Source: Eledone cirrhosa
Lineage: Eukaryota
Assembly: GCA_964016885.1 (NCBI GenBank)
Contig: OZ024747.1
Span: 58,838,001-58,902,000, forward strand
Direction of reading: 5' to 3'
Length of the DNA stretch: 64,000 bases
This document shows positions 13,487 to 30,619 of this stretch, piece after piece (the first letter of the stretch is position 1; each line of letters starts with the position of its first letter). The translations under genes and the position numbers were made by a program. The notes below the pieces were generated by a model that saw nothing but the letters and a program-made list of their open reading frames with translations, searched no databases and was not told the DNA's origin.

Positions 13487-14929
13487 TATTTCCATTCTAT
13501 AGGACGTAAAGTCCCACAACAAGTAAATACATTGCCTACTGTCAGCTAGTGTAAGATCGAGTAAGATATATATTATATATGCATATATATATATATATGC
13601 ATATATATATATATATGCATATATATATATATATATATATGCATATATATATATATGTATATGCATATACATATATATATACAAGTATATATATATATAT
13701 GTTAAGCTTAAGCCAAAACCTCATTTTTTTGGTAGGTGGTACAGGTCAAATCGGCTAAAAGAAAATCAACGTTGAATTAGACCGACCGTGGTTTCTGAAA
13801 CTCAAGATACAGCATCAGGAAATGCAAGATATTGGACGAATTTTGGTTTCTACATAGGGAGATGAATTCTTCATAGAAATAAGGGACAAGTTGAAAATAT
13901 ATCAAACATGCCGTGTCGCTACTAGCTCGTATGGTGAACGATGTGTTGCGTCACGTGTAGAAACGTGACATCACGTTGCTTCACCATGCAGTCTAGAAAC
14001 ACCATTATATATAATATCAATTCAACTTGACCATTTGGGTGGAATTTATTTATAGAGCAATTCACCGATACAACATCTTATTCACCACATGTTGCCTGAG
14101 GATTGCTTACTTTATACATACACACATGCATATAATATATATAGTTTGATATATATGTGTGTGTGTGTTTGTTTGTTTGTTTGCTGGTGTGTGTGTGTGT
14201 GCAGGCAGGTACAGTGCAGGTAGGTACAATCGTAGACATGTATGTATGTATGCATCTATATACGTATGTATATATGCATGTATCGACGTATGTAGGTGTG
14301 TATCTATATATGCATGTATCGACGTTATGTATATATGCATGTATCGACGTATATAGGTGTGTATATGCAATTACAATTTATTCTGCGATCTTTAATGTTA
14401 ATTGAAATTCGTGAGGACGCCGTTCTGCTGTATTTATTCTGTGATTTTATGAGTTAATAAATGGTTTCTCACATTGACAAAGTAGAAAGCAATCTTTTGC
14501 TCTCTCTAGAGGACATTCACCTGATAAATTTTTATACGTGTGTTCGACAGCTTGAAATGTTTATTTTATTTTTCTCTTTTCCTTTGCTATATTTAATCTC
14601 ATTCATTAACCATTATTTTAAAATTTCTCATGCATATTATTCTTCAACATTTGCACTTGGTAAAAGATTCTCTTAGCTTCTCGTCAAAGTCCCATCAAAG
14701 TAACATTCTTCAGATAGTTCTGTAGTTATACCGTACCAATGTGAGGATCTCATCATTTTTTTTTTTTTTTTTCTTTTTGTGGAGGTGTAATTGTAAGGGT
14801 ATAGTCGGAGTATGACGGGGAGTCATTTTACATGGTCAGTAAGAATGGTGTATGTAAGTTAAAAGATATCCTCTGACTGAAGACTTAACGTTGTAATGGG
14901 ATCAGAGTTAGCTCTCTTGAAACATGATG

Positions 14930-15030
14930 GTACGTGGCTTAGTGATTAGAACGTTGGAGTTACGATCATGGGTTCAATTCCTGAACCGGGCATAACAATT
15001 TATTCTTTTGTAAGACGCTTTATTTCTAGT
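14930..15030 (+). mobile_element. tRNA-derived SINE head (family S2), decayed
   Basis: A-box-like tggcttagtg and B-box-like ggttcaattcc, followed by aagacgctttattt as in 25025-25095 and 48485-48560. Confidence 0.5.
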
Positions 15031-15744
15031 TGGATTTCGTGATAGCACAAGGCCACTTATCAGTAAAACACACAAGAAACATCCTATGCGAAGAAATTTC
15101 GTAAGCAGCCATCTAAAACTACAGAGATGTGAACTGTATATTGCTTTCTATTAAAATCAGCCATAGCTCTAGTGATGGTATTAAACACAAACACAGATTA
15201 TGTTCAGTTCCCCAAGACAATAGATTCCTTCTCTCACATTCATTCCTCAAATGGTTAATCGATTCGAGCTTCGAAAAACGACATTTATCCAAGGTGCCAT
15301 GTATTGGAGGCAAACCTAAGTCACAAATTAACGATGCAAGCGTTTCAAGCATATAAATCATACCGGTGTCTATAGCTCGATGCGCTAGAAGTACCAGCTA
15401 AACGCCCCTAAAGTAACGCATGTATGTCTTATGTCTGAAAAATAAAGATATATTGGATAGTATGATTGTGGGAAAAGCCGTTATTGTTATTATAAAAACA
15501 GACAATTAGATCAATCCCAATCCTTGTCTGGTACATGTATCTCTCAAATCCAGAAAATTCAGAATCAGACCATTGCTGAACCATAGATTGCTCTAATGTA
15601 TAATATGACACCTCAGAGTAGCTCTTATGTAAAAGTAATCTTACCATCTTATTGCACAAATATATTGATGTAATATTAAAAGTAGAGCAAAGCTTAAAAT
15701 GGGAAATGCCACACAAAATGTGTTTATAAGTTCTCGTAATATAA

Positions 15745-16225
15745 ATTCTTCTTCTTTGCCGACTTAGGTACGTGGGGGCAGAGTCCTTAAACACTCTTTC
15801 CAGCGGGTCATGTCAGAAGCAACCGTCTCCAACTGATCCGATTGGATATCCCAAGCGAAATCAGCCATGCTCATGGCTGTTACCCAACCATCATGCTCGG
15901 GGTCTACCCCGGGTCTCGTGCCGGCTGGTTTTCCTTGTACAATTTCTCCAGAGATTCGTTCCTAAGACATTCTATCAACATACTCATAGTATCAGAGCTG
16001 TGATCTCTCAATTCGTAGAAGAAGCTGCTCTACATGGAGAGACTGTCATCTCCAAGCTACGCACTATGGAGTAACGTAACTACAAAGACCCTTCGTAGGA
16101 ATCCAATTTCGGCTGCTTGTATTCGCGATCGTATTCTTTCGGTCATTACCCAAGATTCATGACCATAGGTAAGGGTTGGTCAGAACACTGAATTGAAGAT
16201 AGCGAGTTTGGCTTTTATGCCTACC
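15745..16225 (-). mobile_element. RTE (Expander/Rex3-like) LINE 3' fragment
   Basis: Minus strand translates PTLTYGHESWVMTERIRSRIQAAEIGFLRRV; (GAA)n tail; related pieces at ~17255-17420 and 38525-38682. Confidence 0.8.
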
Positions 16226-16276
16226 TCTCTTCTTAATATACATTCTACAATAAAAAAAAATAATAGAAGAATTTAA

Positions 16277-16515
16277 GCTGATTCAAAACGTGTCAAATCA
16301 TAGAGTACCACATCTATGTTGTCAACCTGTACTTTATTTTAGAATGATTCAAAACGCACCGGACCAGAGAGTACCACATCTATGTGGATAAACTGTACTT
16401 TATTTTATGCTGATTCAAAACGTACCACATCTCTATAGGTCGAACTGTACTTTATTTTAGGCTGATTCAAAACGAGCCGGATTATAGAGACTAACATCAA
16501 ACTGTACATTATTTT
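16277..16515. repeat. ~65-bp minisatellite, about 4 copies
   Basis: tgattcaaaacg...gagtaccacatctatg...aactgtactttatttta repeated. Confidence 0.85.
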
Positions 16516-16859
16516 ATCCACCAAGGAACGATGACATACGAATTCAATCACGCTGAAATTTGAACTCGGAAGATAATAGAACAAAACTACATATTGCAAG
16601 GCATGTTAGTCGTCGATTTCTCTTACAATTCTTTCTATATAAATCGTCTTGAGCTTGTCTGTCATATAAACTACACAAACCATTCTCATAGGATGTTGCG
16701 AATGCGTTTACTCAATATGTTTATTAAAATAAATAGAGAAATGAAAGAATACAAAAACGGAACCAAATATTCTGTCCACAAGAAACCGTCAATGTATATG
16801 ACAGCTGATGTCATGGCTCTTATTGATGTTGGCAGTCAGAGTTAAGATATTCCATTTAC

Positions 16860-16934
<75 letters not shown>

Positions 16935-16990
16935 TGTTGTGGTAGTACTAGTGGTGGTGTCGGTGGTAGTAGTAGTAGTAGTAGTAGTAG
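16860..16990. repeat. (TAG)n microsatellite
   Basis: Direct reading; another at ~50210-50310. Confidence 0.95.
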
Positions 16991-18830
16991 GAGGAACTTA
17001 ATATTCTGCAGTTCTTTTGATATGGTAAAAAAAACTGACAATACGTTAATACCTTTGACGTAATCTAAACAATTACATTGCAGTAAATACACACCACCGT
17101 CATACAAGTTTCTTACAAATGTTATATTTCTATTACAACCAAAGGAATAACAAGGAGAGGGTTTTTTTAGGGAGGCGGGGGTGTACTTGATTTCATAAAA
17201 TTATTTCTAACATGACTTCTTATATTTTATATTTTAATCCAGCCATCTTATTCGAGCTGGGTCTACCCCAGAGTCTCCCGTCGGTTGGGCTTTGCTCGTA
17301 AAATCTGTCCAGTGATTCTTTCCTGCGAAATTCAAACATGCCCATAGGATCGGAGTTGTGATCTCTCAATTCGGAAAAGTAGCAGCTATACGTGGAGTGA
17401 CTCGCTAATGTCCGAGCTACAAGTATAATTTAATTAATCCACAATTCTCTGCCTCCTTATGATATTGCTATTGTTTATCCTCTTCCCTGGGTCAGCCTTT
17501 ATCCAGTACACTTATCGAAATTAGCCATACCTCCAGACCTGGTCTAATCAAGCAGACCTATCATGTAAAAACCAAAGGAACCAAGAATACCGTGTCTCCA
17601 TTGGTATTTCCGTTGCTGATACTAACTTTCTGTCGCAACTCCTGTCAAAATTCTCAATTTTTCCCTCTATCGGTGTCAAGAAGCAGTATTTGAATTCAGG
17701 TAATATAGAACCTGAACAGATACCAGGCAGCATCCTGTCCGACACTTTTGTAATACCAAAAAAATATCGCTATTGTATTGATACTTTATTTATTGAACAC
17801 GAATTGATGAAACGCGGAGTTCACCTTGGTGGGATTTGAACTCATTGCAACAACAAAAAAACGGAACAAATGCTTTGAAGTATTTAATCCGATGGTCTAA
17901 CCATGCCAATTCTCCTGATATCACCAGCCCTACCATGAAAGGTCACGCAAAATGAAAAGCTTTGCTCAAGAACAAATCATAACAGCCCTGATACAGCAGA
18001 CCTAGAATTATCAGCCATACTTTATTTTCAGTTTTATACTTAATGTTCTTAGAATTAATATATACAACATGTACTTCGTTGTTATAAGACGGTAGATATT
18101 GAATTTGGGATGATTTACCTTCTATTTCTAGCAATTCTATATTACCATATCAAATCATTCGCATTAGTTTCTTATGTTCCCTCCATATGCTTATGCTACA
18201 GATATCGATATCGTTTAAATCAATCAGATCGGCTCCATTTTTACTTGATCTCCTTTAAGATAACGATCAATCTATATTTTGTTCACATGTAGATAATTAC
18301 ATACTGTCAGCTTTCTCATTAATATTATTATTATTATTTGTCTTTTTCTTCTTCCTATCCCCTTTTTTATCCTTCTTTCTTTTTCTTCATCTTCTTTCAC
18401 TTCACCCTCTTCTATTTCTCCTACTATTTTCATTTTTTTCTTTCCTCTTCTACTTCGTATTCTCATCCTTTTTGTTTTTGTTCTTTCATTTCTCTTCAAT
18501 CATCATCCTCATCATCATCATCATCCATATCCTTCTTCGTCTTCTTCTTATCCACATCCACCTCTACGCCTCAATCAGATGAAACTCAACTAGCTCTAAA
18601 TATTTTCTTCTCATACATTCATCAAACTCACTCATTCTCTTGTGGTGCTCCTTCGTCCTATTTCAACCCTCCCCCCGCCACTTGTTCCTCCCACATTGAA
18701 AAAACCATTATAATACATTCTGATATCAAGCAGGAGGTAAACATAACAAACACCACCCTTACACATATTGAAGCTCATTCTCATATACATTCACAACACA
18801 CAAACAGAAGAATTACACATACGACTACAC

Positions 18831-20275
<1,445 letters not shown>

Positions 20276-20457
20276 AGCTTAACAGGGGAAGAAACTCACA
20301 CGCCTCATCGATTTTATGATATATTTGATGGACAATGAAATATTCAGAGCCTGAAGTTTCTCTTTTTGAATTCAATATTATTGATAACTGGTGTCGTTCT
20401 TCACATCATTGTATACATACATAAATATACACACACGCACACACACATACCTATACT

Positions 20458-20499
<42 letters not shown>

Positions 20500-20599
20500 A
20501 CTGTTTAAAGAAGTGCCATGTACTAGAAAAGGTTTAAACTCAATACTATGTACGTATTTATCCGTGCATGCATTTATATAAGTATCTGTATGTCTATAA

Positions 20600-20684
<85 letters not shown>

Positions 20685-20718
20685 TCTACCTATATATCTA
20701 GATATAGATATATACACA

Positions 20719-20819
<101 letters not shown>

Positions 20820-22169
20820 CATATAAATATATACATATATATATATATACATCTATATATATATATTTATATATATTTATTAAAATAAGAGATTAAAGTT
20901 TAAGCAAAGATTCGCTGCTATATATATATATATATATATACATCTATATATATATCCACACATCTATATATATATACACATCTATATATATATACACATC
21001 TATATATATATACACATCTATATATATACACACATGTATATATATACACATCTATATATATAAACATCTATATATATACATCTATATATACATCTCTCTA
21101 TATATATATGAAACTCGGTTGCCTTATCAAAGAAGGGAATTTTAAATTTTAAATGTAGTTGCCCCAACATAAATGTTGTCCATTGCTATAGTCGTTGGGA
21201 CAACTACATTTCAAGTTATATGCGGATACATGTACACACACACGCGCGCGCGGTAGCGTGCGTGTATTAATATATATACATATATGTGTGTGTGTGTTTA
21301 TATATATATATACATATGTGTATGTGTGTGTTTATATGTATAGGTGTGTGAGTGTTTGTGCGTGTGTTATATATATATATATTTTTTAGACTCACCCCCA
21401 ACGAAACTTGCACACGGAGACTCACTCTTACATATACCAGGTCAAATATATTTATATCTAGACACAAGTAAAATAACGATTATTTCTAAAAGATTTTCTT
21501 TCATAAAGGAGAATCATTAAAGTTTAATGTATTTGTTTTGTGTGACACGTGACCAATTTATTGGCAAGATATCATTGAAGCGATAAAGTATTTGATGGAA
21601 ATTCAGACAAGCGTGAGTGATGTGTTCCATAGTGATGGAAACCTGAATGATATGAACTATAAATAACTGTTATGGTTCGTATAAGGCAATAGTAGGGATG
21701 ATTTGCCAATGTTCAACTGTGATCCTAGAATTAAATATTGAACGATTGCTGCTGGTGCCACCTACAATCTGTCCAAATTGCTTGGATTCTCTATTTCAAT
21801 ACAAAGTGAATTCAATTGAAATTTGCAACACCGAGAAAAGCCTTTTTTTCCAGCTTCAAATATAATTGTAATGCTTCCATCTGGTTGAATATAATGTGTT
21901 TGTACATATATGTGTGTGCCGTGTGTGGTTTGCATGCGAATCATTAGGAAGTATAACAGTTCAAAATGTAGTCGCTACAATACACATAACTAAAATATTA
22001 GTTGGTAATTATAAATATAATTTGTAGCTTGGAAAAGAAGACAGGTTCGCCGACAGGGAATCGAACCTGGAATTTATCATATGCCAAATGAATATGTTTA
22101 ACCGTTCCGGTATGTTTTTTCTCTCTTTCTCTCTGTCTCTTTCTATTTCATTTTTTATTTCTCATTCCA

Positions 22170-22205
22170 TCTTCTGATAAAGGACTAGTATTATAAACGT
22201 TAAGA
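22170..22205 (+). ncRNA. Degenerate hammerhead (family B)
   Basis: tctt-CTGATaA-aggactagtatt-ataaacgttaaga; decayed homologue of 44927-44962 with matching downstream sequence. Confidence 0.5.
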
Positions 22206-23134
22206 CTCTTCTCCTAGTATATCAAGCGTTAAACTAATATATTTCTTCGTTGTACTGTGTTGTTTTCTTTGTTGTTTCTGTTTACTTTAGAGAGAGAAGG
22301 TTAGTTAGTATCCACAATAAATTAACAAACCATACATATATTTCTGTATCTATCATTTGTGATCTTGTCTATTTTTGTACTCCTGGAGAAAGACTAAATC
22401 CCGACATGTCGAACTTTATTTCCCACTTTTCTGTATAAAGCGTGAAACTAATAAGACTTGTACCTCTTTTTTGTTGTTTCATTGAACCATATATATATGT
22501 GTGTGTGTGTATATGTGTGTGTGTGCGGATATATTAGTCCACAAAGTATCAGGGATGTCATGCAATATAAAGATGTTTCCTTACATAACCCAAACTCACT
22601 ATCAAACACAACAAAGCTAAATTAGAAAGAAACACAACACAGAAATTAGAACTATCCCAATTACATAAAAACAACTTTGATACCAACCCTCTATAGACGG
22701 ACTAAGGTGACGAAATACATCAGACTACAATTAGTCCTGACATGTAGTTCTTGAATTGTGGCGACCAGATAAATTACAAATATGTAGTGTACTAAATGTT
22801 GAATCATATCAACAAAAAATCTCTTCGTACTATATATGTAAATATATATGCATATATACACACAATATATGTATATGTATGCATATATACACACAATATA
22901 TGTATATATATATATGCATATAAACACACAATATATATATATATGCATATATACACACTATATATATGCATATACACACATTATATATACATGCCTATAT
23001 ACACACACTATATATATATGCCTATATACACACACTATATATATATATGCATATATACACACTATATATATATGCATATATACACACTATATATATGCAT
23101 ATATACACAATATATATATGCATATATAGACACA

Positions 23135-23165
<31 letters not shown>

Positions 23166-23317
23166 ATATATATATATATGTGTGTGTGTGTGTATGTATA
23201 TATGTATGTATTGTATGTATGTTTGTGTGGGTGTACAACTAACCAGGAATTTTATATACACACCTTTTATAAATAGAGTTGATCAAGCCAGTGAATCGTT
23301 AACAAAAAGAACACGAA

Positions 23318-23550
23318 ATATATAAATATAAATATATAAATATAAAGATAAATATATAAATATATAAATATATAAATATATAAATATAAAGATAAATATA
23401 TAAATATATAAATATAAAGATAAATATATAAATATAAAGGTAAATATATAAATATATAAATATAAAGGTAAATATATAAATATATAAATATAAAGGTAAA
23501 TATATAAATATATAAATATAAAGGTAAATATATAAATATATAAATATAAA
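23318..23550. repeat. AT-rich minisatellite (~28-bp unit aaggtaaatatataaatatataaatata)
   Basis: Direct reading. Confidence 0.85.
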
Positions 23551-24642
23551 ATTACCAGACTCGACCAAAGTGTGTAAATTTAGATTTAATTAGAATATGA
23601 AAGAGAAATTGTAAGAAAGGGGAGGAAGGAGAGATCTCTCTCTCATCCTTCGCTCTTTTTCCTCTTTTTTTCCTCTCTCTGTTTAACTCTCTGTTGTCCT
23701 TCCCCTTACACACACGCATAAACGCATATACACACATACACACGCACATAAAGGCGAACATACATACTCTCATACACACAAAGTCACACACACACAAACA
23801 TGCACTTACACAGACACACACACACATATACACACACTCACATACAAGCACAAACACATACATTCACACATACACACCCACACGCCTACACACATATACA
23901 CACATACACACGCACACATACATAAACGCAAACATACATAAACACACATACTCTCATACACACAAAGACATACACACACACACAAACACACAAACATGCA
24001 CTTACACAGACACACACACACAGACAAACATACAAGCACAAACACATACATACAAACATACACCCCCACACGCATACACAAACACGCATACACAAACACA
24101 AATACACTCACACAAAAAAACATATACACACATAAATGCATGCACATACACTAACACAGAAACACACACACAACGCACAACACCCACAACACACACGCAC
24201 ACACAACTCACATACACAACGCACAATACAAACACACACTAAAACAACACAGAGGGGTACCAAAAATGTCGACTTAGGCCTAAAATATCTGAATAAAGTA
24301 ATAATTCTCGGTAAATTCCGCTAGAGGCATTTCAGTATATTTATCACCTCTAGACCGCCATTACGTAGTCTTTTTAAGGGAATATTTACTGTTTACTCTA
24401 TCATGTTTGCATTGTCGATTATTTCTAATGATTCGTATTTTTATCACTTCAATTTCTCTATGTTCATGATTTCATTATATAAAATATGTTTTAACCAATA
24501 TCATTTTTAGTTCTGGAAAATTATATTTTAACATAGATATATTCGTATATTTATTTATTAAAGGTTATGGTTTCTCGCTGTTTTACAATTTGTCTTCCCT
24601 GATGCACACACTTTTGTATATATATATATATATCGATAGGTA

Positions 24643-24710
<68 letters not shown>

Positions 24711-24817
24711 GAGAGAGAAAGTGAGAAACAGAGATAGATAGATAGATATAGATATTCAAAAAGTAAGCTGCACCAAAAGAGCAAATATAACAGTATATGA
24801 AATATATATATATATAT

Positions 24818-25012
24818 ATTAACAGTTCGAATTATCTCCGCTCTACCACCACTTTCGAGACGAAAACATGTTTAAATCATCAGATGTCCGAGCATTGATA
24901 TCGTCATGAAACCACTGGTAGTGCGGAGTTAAGTGAAACTGTTTATATAAATACTCAACGTTCACATCGTTTGCTGATTGTTCTTTCAATCATTTTTACC
25001 TACAAATAATAT
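24818..25012. mobile_element. Degenerate fold-back element with HHR remnants and TACTC tail
   Basis: aacagttcgaattatctccgctctacca pairs with tggtagtgcggagttaagtgaaactgtt; GAAACCACTGGTA stem III on +, CTGATGA on -. Confidence 0.55.
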
Positions 25013-25024
25013 GCATATATATCA

Positions 25025-25225
25025 TGAGGTTGCTAGTTCAATTCTCGGACCGGGTGATGTGTTGTGTCCTTGAGCAAGACACTTTATTTCACATTGGTCC
25101 TTCTACCAGGTCTTGCAACCGGTAGATAGTATCAGCAATGGAAATACCAACGGGAATATTGTTTCCTCGGTCCGATTTCACAAGGTCCACCTAACCCGGC
25201 AAGCGAATTAGGTCTGGAATCTTGT
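25025..25225 (+). mobile_element. tRNA-derived SINE (family S2)
   Basis: agttcaattctc B-box-like motif; gtgtccttgagcaagacactttattt shared with 48485-48765; 3' part matches 17530-17640 (-). Confidence 0.6.
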
Positions 25226-25758
25226 CGATCGATCAGTGAGACAGTTCTATACAATTATTTATAAACTTCTCTGAAATATGTTCTAAGTAATATTATTCAT
25301 TGGGATATAATGTATATTACTGACTAATTTGTTAATATATGCATATATACATACATATATATATATATGCGCATATGTTTTATGTGTCTCTTGGGTTGAA
25401 AAGGAGGTTAAGTATGTTATAAATAGTTGCTCCGAAGAATCCAAACCTCGGTTTGGAGGAAACAATTGTAAGCAAATAAATGACTTAAACTGAACTTTGA
25501 TTACTGTAATCTATATATATATATATATATATATATAGTTACGTAATAAACAACATAAGATAATTATTTCATTTACCTATGGTTTCTTGAAAGCAAACAA
25601 AATTTGCCTTCAATCATCAGAATGAAAAAATCCTGGTGTATTTATTGACAATGGATTTTAAAAACAAAAATATAACCTATATGAAAGTGAGGCTGGAAAA
25701 GGAAGAAGGAAAGGAAAAATAAACACACATGCACACATATATACATACACATATATAT

Positions 25759-25862
<104 letters not shown>

Positions 25863-26128
25863 GCATACACATATACATACACGTACAAATACACATACAT
25901 ATACATATACATACATACACACATATATATCAACATATCCATACATGCACATACACACAAATACACAAACACACACACACACAGATGTATATATATATCT
26001 ATACACACATAACTATAACGCTTATTATAACGTCGCTTTGTTCGTTTGTAAACAAACTGAACAGCCTGAATTTATGCCATACGGTGTTAAGGCAACCACG
26101 TCACCTCTTTGTTCAACACTGACACAGG

Positions 26129-26173
26129 AACGATGTACTAGTTTCAAGCTTGTTAGCTATCATCAGCACCGTT
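26129..26173 (-). ncRNA. Minimal type I hammerhead (mirror copy)
   Basis: Reverse complement of 26216-26260. Confidence 0.8.
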
Positions 26174-26215
26174 TACCCATCTGCCAGATAGTTCAACGTT
26201 TTTGTTCAATGGGTA

Positions 26216-26260
26216 AACGGTGCTGATGATAGCTAACAAGCTTGAAACTAGTACATCGTT
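26216..26260 (+). ncRNA. Minimal type I hammerhead ribozyme
   Basis: AACGGTG-CTGATGA-tAGCT aaca AGCTt-GAAA-CTAG-TA-CATCGTT; GUA cleavage triplet. Confidence 0.85.
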
Positions 26261-26559
26261 CCTGTGTCAGTGTTGAACAAAAAGGTGACGTGGTTGCCTT
26301 AACACCGTATGGCATAAATTCAGGCTGTTCAGTTTGTTTACAAACGAACAAAGCGACGTTATAATAAGCGCCGCTAAACTGATACGTGCATATATGTATG
26401 TGTACCTGTATGCATATGTGTATATATATGTATATATATATATGTGCATGCTACTGTACGTCTGTATACATATATGTATGTACGTATACATGCATACTTA
26501 CATTTAACTAAGTGCCATACTAAGAGTGAGAAATGAAATTTCGTTTTCATTTTGTTTCA

Positions 26560-26670
<111 letters not shown>

Positions 26671-26711
26671 TGTATGTATGTATGTATGTATGTATGTATG
26701 TATGTATGTAT

Positions 26712-28075
26712 GTTCTTCTGGTTTTATAATTTCACAAAGTTTTACCGATAGAGAGAGAGTCGGTTTCTAGCATAGACACAAGACTCTCTCATTGGAATTT
26801 ACACAACATCAACTAGGGAGATATGTATGTATGCATGTGTAGATATGGATGTTATTGTATGTGTGGATGTGGATGTTTTGAGTTGTATGTGTGCATGTGT
26901 ATATGCTTTGTATCTGTAGATATGTATATGCAGTTATTAGATACAACATTTTTGGAATGTTTTACATATTTTTACTGTTCCATTAATAGATTGTACTTGT
27001 AATTTCCTAACTAGTTGTGTTCTTTCTGTTCCTGTCAAGCCTAGCTTCTCAAGATTTGTATTGAGGCAGTTACTAACATATCCCAGTGCCCCAATAATCA
27101 CAGGCATAAATCTGAAGGTGTAATGAGGGTGGAGTGTCTGCATATTTCTCATCCGTTCTGCATAAATATTCTCCTTTTCACTAATCTTTGATATTATATT
27201 GGCATCTGCTGGGCAGCTAATTTCCACTACTGTGCATGTTTTCTTTTCCCTGTCCCATATCATAATATCTGGTCTGTTATGCCTGTATTTTATTGGGTTT
27301 TTTACTGGAACATTCCACCAGTACTCTTTCATATTATGTACATGGATGTCTTCCACATTGTTGTAGCTTTTAAAGTGTTTATTATCGGGGCTATCTTTTT
27401 TACGAACTGCATTGTACAGTGTTTTGGCCACTACATCATGCCTCATAGGTAGATAATACCGCGATGACATGTTTGGACAGCAGCTGATGATATAGGTGAT
27501 ATCCTCGATGTTAGTTCTGCAGAGTCTGAATTTGTTATCACATCTAGGTGTTTTGCCTGCATCCCTATCTCTTTTGTGAATTAAGTATTTCGTGCTAATC
27601 TCCTGTTCCTGGATTGCAAAAGTGATTCCTTCAAAGTGGGAGCCAATATTACGGTTGTTGGTCCAAGATAGTCTACTTTCCTTATCTATATTACTCTCAC
27701 TCTGGAGCTTCCTGGCAACATATCCATGCATGATTTTTTGCTGATAGGCATGCAGTTTTTCATCCATGGATTCACTGCGATACTGCTGAGCGACATCCCT
27801 GGGTGTGAGTTTTTGATTGTCACACAGGGAATATCTCTCAAGGAGTTCCTTCCCAACTCTCATGATCTTATCTGTTTCATGAAGATAGACTTGTCTGGAC
27901 TGATGTTAGGCCTCTGCCTCCCTGCTTACGTTTCAAGTAAAGGCCGTCTATGTCACTGTTGATGTGGTAGTTTCCGGTGTTGTTCAGTATTTTTCGAGTT
28001 CCAACATCAACTGCTCGGATTTCGTCTATCGTCCAATTGAGTATTCCAAACGTTGGTGTTAGGACAGCCACAGCA
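26712..28075 (-). mobile_element. R4/Dong-like non-LTR retrotransposon, 5'-truncated, with CCHC knuckle and restriction-like endonuclease
   Basis: RLCRTNIEDITYIISCCP..RYYLPMRHDVVAK...HNRPDIMIWDREKKTCTVVEISCP; (TATG)n on both flanks. Confidence 0.9.
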
Positions 28076-28189
28076 TATGTATGTATGTATGTATATATGT
28101 ATTATGTATGTATGTATGTATGTATGTATGTATGTATGTATGTATGTATGTATGTATGTATGTATGTATGTATGTGTGTGTGTGTGTGT

Positions 28190-28279
<90 letters not shown>

Positions 28280-30271
28280 ACGAAATCCTATACTACATGC
28301 ATATATAATCATATGGTTGACTCGCAATCAAAAAAATATTTTTTCGTAATAAAAATGTTATATGTTTTTCGTCTTTTGTTCTGTGAACATGTCACAGATT
28401 GACAATATCATTAGAGAATAGCAGACATCGCTGTTTCAAGATTTGTAAATCTTTAATCTGTGACTTTCACTCAACTGGTAATGACATGTAGATAGATCTT
28501 GCGTGATGAACATTTCCTGGAAGTGTTCATTTGCATATAACAAATAGAATACATCAACTTGAGACGAATGGGAAGAAGAGGGGATGTTATCCTCATACTG
28601 CAGACCTGATCCAGATTCCTACAGCGAAATGATGTCTACTAAATCCCCACCCTGTGAGATAGGTGGTCTTACTAAACCTAGTGACGAATTAACCCTACCA
28701 CTATAAAATCCTACAGAGTAATATAATATGGAATGTACGCATTATAATAGAAAATATATCAAGCTGATTTATTACTATGGCAACAGGCTACTGCGTTACA
28801 TATAAAACCTTTTCCGATATGAATGTTCTCAGAGAAGGTTGCCTATTATTGACCTGCTTGGCAGTCAATCATTAAAACTAAACTTGGATGTTGTCAAACT
28901 TCCAAATCGAGTGTCTGTTACTAAAGTGCCAAAACTATTGTGCTAACCATGCAAATCAATCTCATAAAAATGTATTGACCTATATACTTTTATTCATAGA
29001 TCATTCTGAAATATACTTAGTTTCTTACGTATTCATTATTTTAACACCTTCCTAGAACAGACATGACAACTGTATGTTTCTTATTATGACTGTCAGAAGG
29101 GAATAATAGCAATCATGACGTGTTTTTCCAGAGACTAGCTGGAAGAATGAAGAATTTATCCTAGCATCTGAGTGTTGGCACTCAGATGTTAGGATAATGT
29201 TTGCAATGGAACAATCTTCTCAAAGGTCACACATGGGCCAGGTGGTCATGTTGTATCACAACAGTAAATATTACTTTGATGTGTTCCTCATAGTTTCGGC
29301 TTATGAAATTTCAATCGAGAGAGTTTGGATGACCCACGGCTGTGAAAGAAGACATAAGTCCAAAGCGTTGCAAATCGTTAATATATCTGAAATGCCTAAG
29401 CTTAGTTTCCAGCACTGATAGTGCAAAATATGCTTAATTTAAATGCGTTGTGAACGATAATAATGTAAAGATATATTAAACAATAACGTTGAAGATTAAG
29501 ATGTGTAAGAAGCTAGCACACTTCCTGGGTCAAGCCCTACACTCAAGATGTGGGTTCCTTTAAAGGATTTCAGTTTGCAGTTTTTGTTCCATTACTGGCC
29601 TTGTTTTCCCTGCAGTCGATTCAACTAGGCGCCACCTCCACTAACCTTACCAGGATATAAGGTCTTGTCTTTTTATTTTTTGTTGTTTTTTCTTTTCTTT
29701 TTTATCTTTTTTTATTTGCTTTTTTTTTATCAATTGTTACAAAAGTCAAATCATTTATGAAGAGGAATGGACATTTCTATCGTTACCAAATCAATCAACG
29801 TCAGTTCTTTTCCGGGAATTTTAACGATGTTTGTAGAAAAATGATGGAAATTGTGTCATATGTATGACATATCAACCTCAACAGTGAGATATTGCTCTAG
29901 AGCGCCCCTCATTGAAATTAGAAATAAAGTAGGTAAAGAATCGGTTGTTAATATCTTAATGAGTCACTAAAGAAAGGCTATTACTTTAGTTAACTTTATC
30001 ATGGGATAATATATTGACTGCAACCGCAAATGCCATTTAAAATAACTAAGAAAAGCTGAGTAAAGGCGAATAGTTATATTTTGAATTAAAGGACAACAAA
30101 TATATTTCTCTTAACCATGGTTTATTGTAATATTGAGTATCAGAATGCAAGCCTTCACATCAATTTTCCTGTCATATTTTCCATAAATTGTGCTCGCGTC
30201 TTTCTCAATTCATTTTAAATCTCAAAACAAAAACAATCCCTGATTCTCAATTCCCTTGTTATGATGATTTC

Positions 30272-30540
30272 CTTGGCCCTATGGCTACCTCCCTACTCAC
30301 CACCATAGGCGCTGAGCTGGCTAGCCGGAGGTGCGAGCCTCGTGAGATGGAATGGCTCTTCCAGCGCATCTCACTCACCATCCTACGGGGAAACGCTTTT
30401 CTATTCTGTCCACCGGGGACGTGGGGGTAGCCAGCGCATGGGACCCCATTTGCACATAATAGTGAGAGATGGGGAGGAAGAGAGAGACTGGGGCGATGAC
30501 AGTGGGAGTTCGGCTATTCTGTGTCCGAACCTGGTGTACA
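30272..30540 (+). mobile_element. CRE-like non-LTR element 3' fragment
   Basis: GC-rich island translating LGPMATSLLTTIGAELASRRCEPREMEWLFQRISLTILRGNA; FQRISxxxxRGNA recalled as the CRE-type REL C-terminus. Confidence 0.65.
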
Positions 30541-30619
30541 TGTGTGTGCATGTTTACTTTGATTCACTCCTCAAATATAGTCACTACTTATATAATTATT
30601 TGATATAGATACTAAATAA

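Noticed and set aside
16277-16515. Repeat-spacer-like array
   Set aside because: Variable parts are short and homologous to each other; ordinary minisatellite.
22047-22110. tRNA gene on - strand (ggttcgattccctgtcggc)
   Set aside because: Only a B-box/T-arm is recognisable and no cloverleaf forms; probably a SINE head remnant.
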